Assembly: GCA_025774205.1 (NCBI GenBank)
Contig: JALGWK010000002.1
Coordinates: 1-40,220, forward strand
Source: a bacterium
Lineage (GTDB): Bacteria > Blakebacterota > Blakebacteria > Blakebacterales > Blakebacteraceae
DNA length: 40,220 bases
Direction of reading: 5' to 3'
Below, piece after piece: positions 38,277 through 40,220 of this stretch; within the stretch, counting starts at the first letter, position 1, and the number at the start of each line of letters is the position of its first letter. The translations under genes were made by a program, and so were the position numbers. Below the pieces are notes generated by a model. That model searched no databases, had not been told where the DNA came from, and saw only the letters and a list, made by a program, of their open reading frames with translations.

Positions 38277-40220
38277 GTGAATACGCGCAGTGCGATGACG
38301 TTCCTGGTGGCGGGTGCCATCCTGATCCCCGCGATCGGGGTGCAGGCCGGATCCGCGGTTCGGCCGGAGCCCGGGATGTCCAGGCAGCAGCAGGATCCGC
38401 TCCTGTTCGCGAGACGGCTCTACAACGACGGGCTCTACGATATTGCCGCCAACCAGTTGAGACAGCTGCTGGAAACCAACCTTCCCCTGCAGTATGCCGA
38501 GGAAGCCCGGTGGCTGCTTGCCGAGACCCTGGAGGCTGATGGCCGCACTGCCGAGGCCGCCGGGGCCTATCGCGAATTCACATCCCGCCACGGTTCCGCG
38601 GCCAGGGCGCCGGAGGGCTGGCTCAGAACCGGACGCCTTTTCCTGTCGGCTGCCGAATACGAAGCCTCGGCCGATGCTTACTCCAACTTCCTCGATCTCT
38701 TCCCGGTCAACGATCAGCGACCGCAGGCTTCCGCGGGCCTGATAGAAGCACTGCTGACAAATCTTCGATACCAGGACGCCCTTACCCGCGTCATGGAAGC
38801 CTACGCCGAATACCCCTTCCATCCTCTGAAAGCGCGCTTCCTGCTGCAGGAAGCGGAGGCCCGGAACGGGCTCGGGGAACCCTGGATGGCGATCCCGCTC
38901 GCCGAGGAAGCGCTCGCGAGCGCCCTGACGCCCGAAGTGAGAGCCGACGCGGCCGCGTTGAAAGCCCGCCTCCTGATCGAGGATGGCCGGATCGATGAAG
39001 CGGTGGACGCGGCCCGTACCGCGATTGAGGCGCCCGCTCCTGCCGAGCGCATTCCCTATCTCAAGAGTGTCCTCGGCCAGGCCCTGGTGGCCTCAGGCCG
39101 GCAACAGGAGGCCCTGCCCGAACTGAGAGAGGCCATCTCCGGTTCCGGGGGACGAGTCCGGGCTTCGGCCGCCCTCTGGCTCGCGCGGGCCCATGTCGCG
39201 ACGGGTGAGATAGACAGCGCCCTGGCGGCGTTCGACCTGAACCTGGCCGGCACTTCGGAAGATCAGGCGGCCACCGTCGCGCTCGAAGCAGCCCGGATAG
39301 CCGTCGAGCATGGCCAGCGGGGCCGCGCCCTCACGCTGGCTGATCTGGCCCGGCGGGAAGCGGTCACGGCCGACCTGATCGGTGACGCGGTGGCCCTGTC
39401 GGCGGAAGTACTCGTCGGTCTCGACCGGTCACCGGAGGCCATCGAACGATACCGCGCATTCTTCGAACAGGATGATCTTTCCGAGGGAACCCGGGCCGCA
39501 GCCGCGCTCGAACTCGGCCGGCTCTACGAACATCAGCTCTCCGATCCGGATACCGCCGCCGGCTGGTATCGGATGGCGGCAGTATCTGCCGGTACCGGTG
39601 ACATCTGGGCTGAGGGTGTCTGGTCCTCGGCCAACGCCATCGCCGCCTCGGGAGATTACTCCTCGGCGATCATAGAACTGATCCCGCTTGCCGGCGCGGG
39701 CGGCGACCGGGCGACACAGGCAACCGACCGCATCGACTACTGGCGGACCTACCGGCTGGTCGATCTGGCGGCAGGTCTCCGGTCGATCCAGGGAGCCATG
39801 CTGGCGCTGGCCTCCGAGGGCTCGAGCGGCGCGACCGGGGCCCTGCTGGAGATCGCGCGCGCCAACGTTCATGCGCTGAAAGATTTCGAAACAGCCATCG
39901 ATGCCTACGACCGTTACCTGCAGCGGATCCCAAGCGGCCCGACCGCGGCCACGGCCTGGCTGGAGAAGGGGCAGGCGTTTGAGGCACTGGCGATCATCGC
40001 CGCTACCGAAACAGGCGAGGAGGCAGCCACCGCTCCCCGGGAGCGTGCCGGGGAGGCATACCGTGAGGCGGTCAGGACAGGCGGGGAGAGTGAGGCTTCG
40101 GAACGGGCCCAGCTGGCCCTGATAGAACTCGACCTGGCGGAACTGCGGGATGATCCCGTTCTCTACTTCCAGGCGATGCGCGACCGGTATCGCGCCTTCC
40201 TCGATCTCTTCACGGCCTCC
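38277..40220 (+). CDS. large exported TPR-repeat protein (partial; continues past the right edge)
   Basis: Own translation in frame 0; it is absent from the track because no stop lies in the window. GTG 38277 is preceded by GAGAGG, and ATG 38295 is the alternative start. It reads VNTRSAMTFLVAGAILIPAIGVQAG (signal), then Ala/Leu-rich TPR-like repeats (ARRLYNDGLYDIAANQLRQLL..., AEAAGAYREFTSRH..., ASADAYSNFLDLFP...). The listed minus and other-frame ORFs here are Arg/Pro-rich shadows. Confidence 0.7.
   Translation, partial: MNTRSAMTFLVAGAILIPAIGVQAGSAVRPEPGMSRQQQDPLLFARRLYNDGLYDIAANQLRQLLETNLPLQYAEEARWLLAETLEADGRTAEAAGAYREFTSRHGSAARAPEGWLRTGRLFLSAAEYEASADAYSNFLDLFPVNDQRPQASAGLIEALLTNLRYQDALTRVMEAYAEYPFHPLKARFLLQEAEARNGLGEPWMAIPLAEEALASALTPEVRADAAALKARLLIEDGRIDEAVDAARTAIEAPAPAERIPYLKSVLGQALVASGRQQEALPELREAISGSGGRVRASAALWLARAHVATGEIDSALAAFDLNLAGTSEDQAATVALEAARIAVEHGQRGRALTLADLARREAVTADLIGDAVALSAEVLVGLDRSPEAIERYRAFFEQDDLSEGTRAAAALELGRLYEHQLSDPDTAAGWYRMAAVSAGTGDIWAEGVWSSANAIAASGDYSSAIIELIPLAGAGGDRATQATDRIDYWRTYRLVDLAAGLRSIQGAMLALASEGSSGATGALLEIARANVHALKDFETAIDAYDRYLQRIPSGPTAATAWLEKGQAFEALAIIAATETGEEAATAPRERAGEAYREAVRTGGESEASERAQLALIELDLAELRDDPVLYFQAMRDRYRAFLDLFTAS

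Overview
High-GC (about low-60s % by eye) chromosomal segment from an unidentified, probably uncultivated bacterium. Strong GGAGG-type ribosome-binding sites argue against Bacteroidota; I cannot place it further. About 30 tightly packed genes, mostly core metabolism. Reading left to right: a near-complete gamma-glutamyltransferase (runs off the left edge, not in the ORF track), a Zn alcohol dehydrogenase, and a long minus-strand block (Ser/Thr kinase, DHOD-like protein, single-chain pyruvate:ferredoxin oxidoreductase, FadJ-like crotonase fusion, beta-propeller protein). Then rlmD, a YyaL-type thioredoxin-domain protein, an M28 peptidase, a class-I aminotransferase, a PLP dehydratase, an acyl-CoA dehydrogenase and a radical SAM protein. 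Then a succinate dehydrogenase/fumarate reductase operon in the order A-C-D-B, and an operon of membrane protein, secreted esterase, ABC ATPase and permease. The window ends with YbjQ and a large TPR protein that runs off the right edge (also not in the ORF track). The one clearly accessory element is a GC-poor ~2.3 kb islet at 26.87-29.16 kb. It carries an AbiEi/AbiEii cassette whose nucleotidyltransferase toxin has an extra ~130-aa WYL-like C-terminal domain. The islet is bracketed by ~100-nt imperfect direct repeats that duplicate the 3' end and terminator of sdhB, and it has no integrase. Other points worth a second look: a 27-nt perfect repeat with hairpin context upstream of two exported-protein genes 18 kb apart; a 4x16-bp tandem array upstream of the sdh operon; three paralogous 6-bladed beta-propeller proteins; a kinase whose extracytoplasmic half drops to ~50% GC; and three genes with frame-disrupting lesions (M28 peptidase, aminotransferase, DHOD-like). 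ORF-track notes: alternative start codons (TTG, GTG) are rendered as M, ORFs are extended to the most upstream start, and edge-truncated ORFs are absent. Several starts are therefore re-called below.
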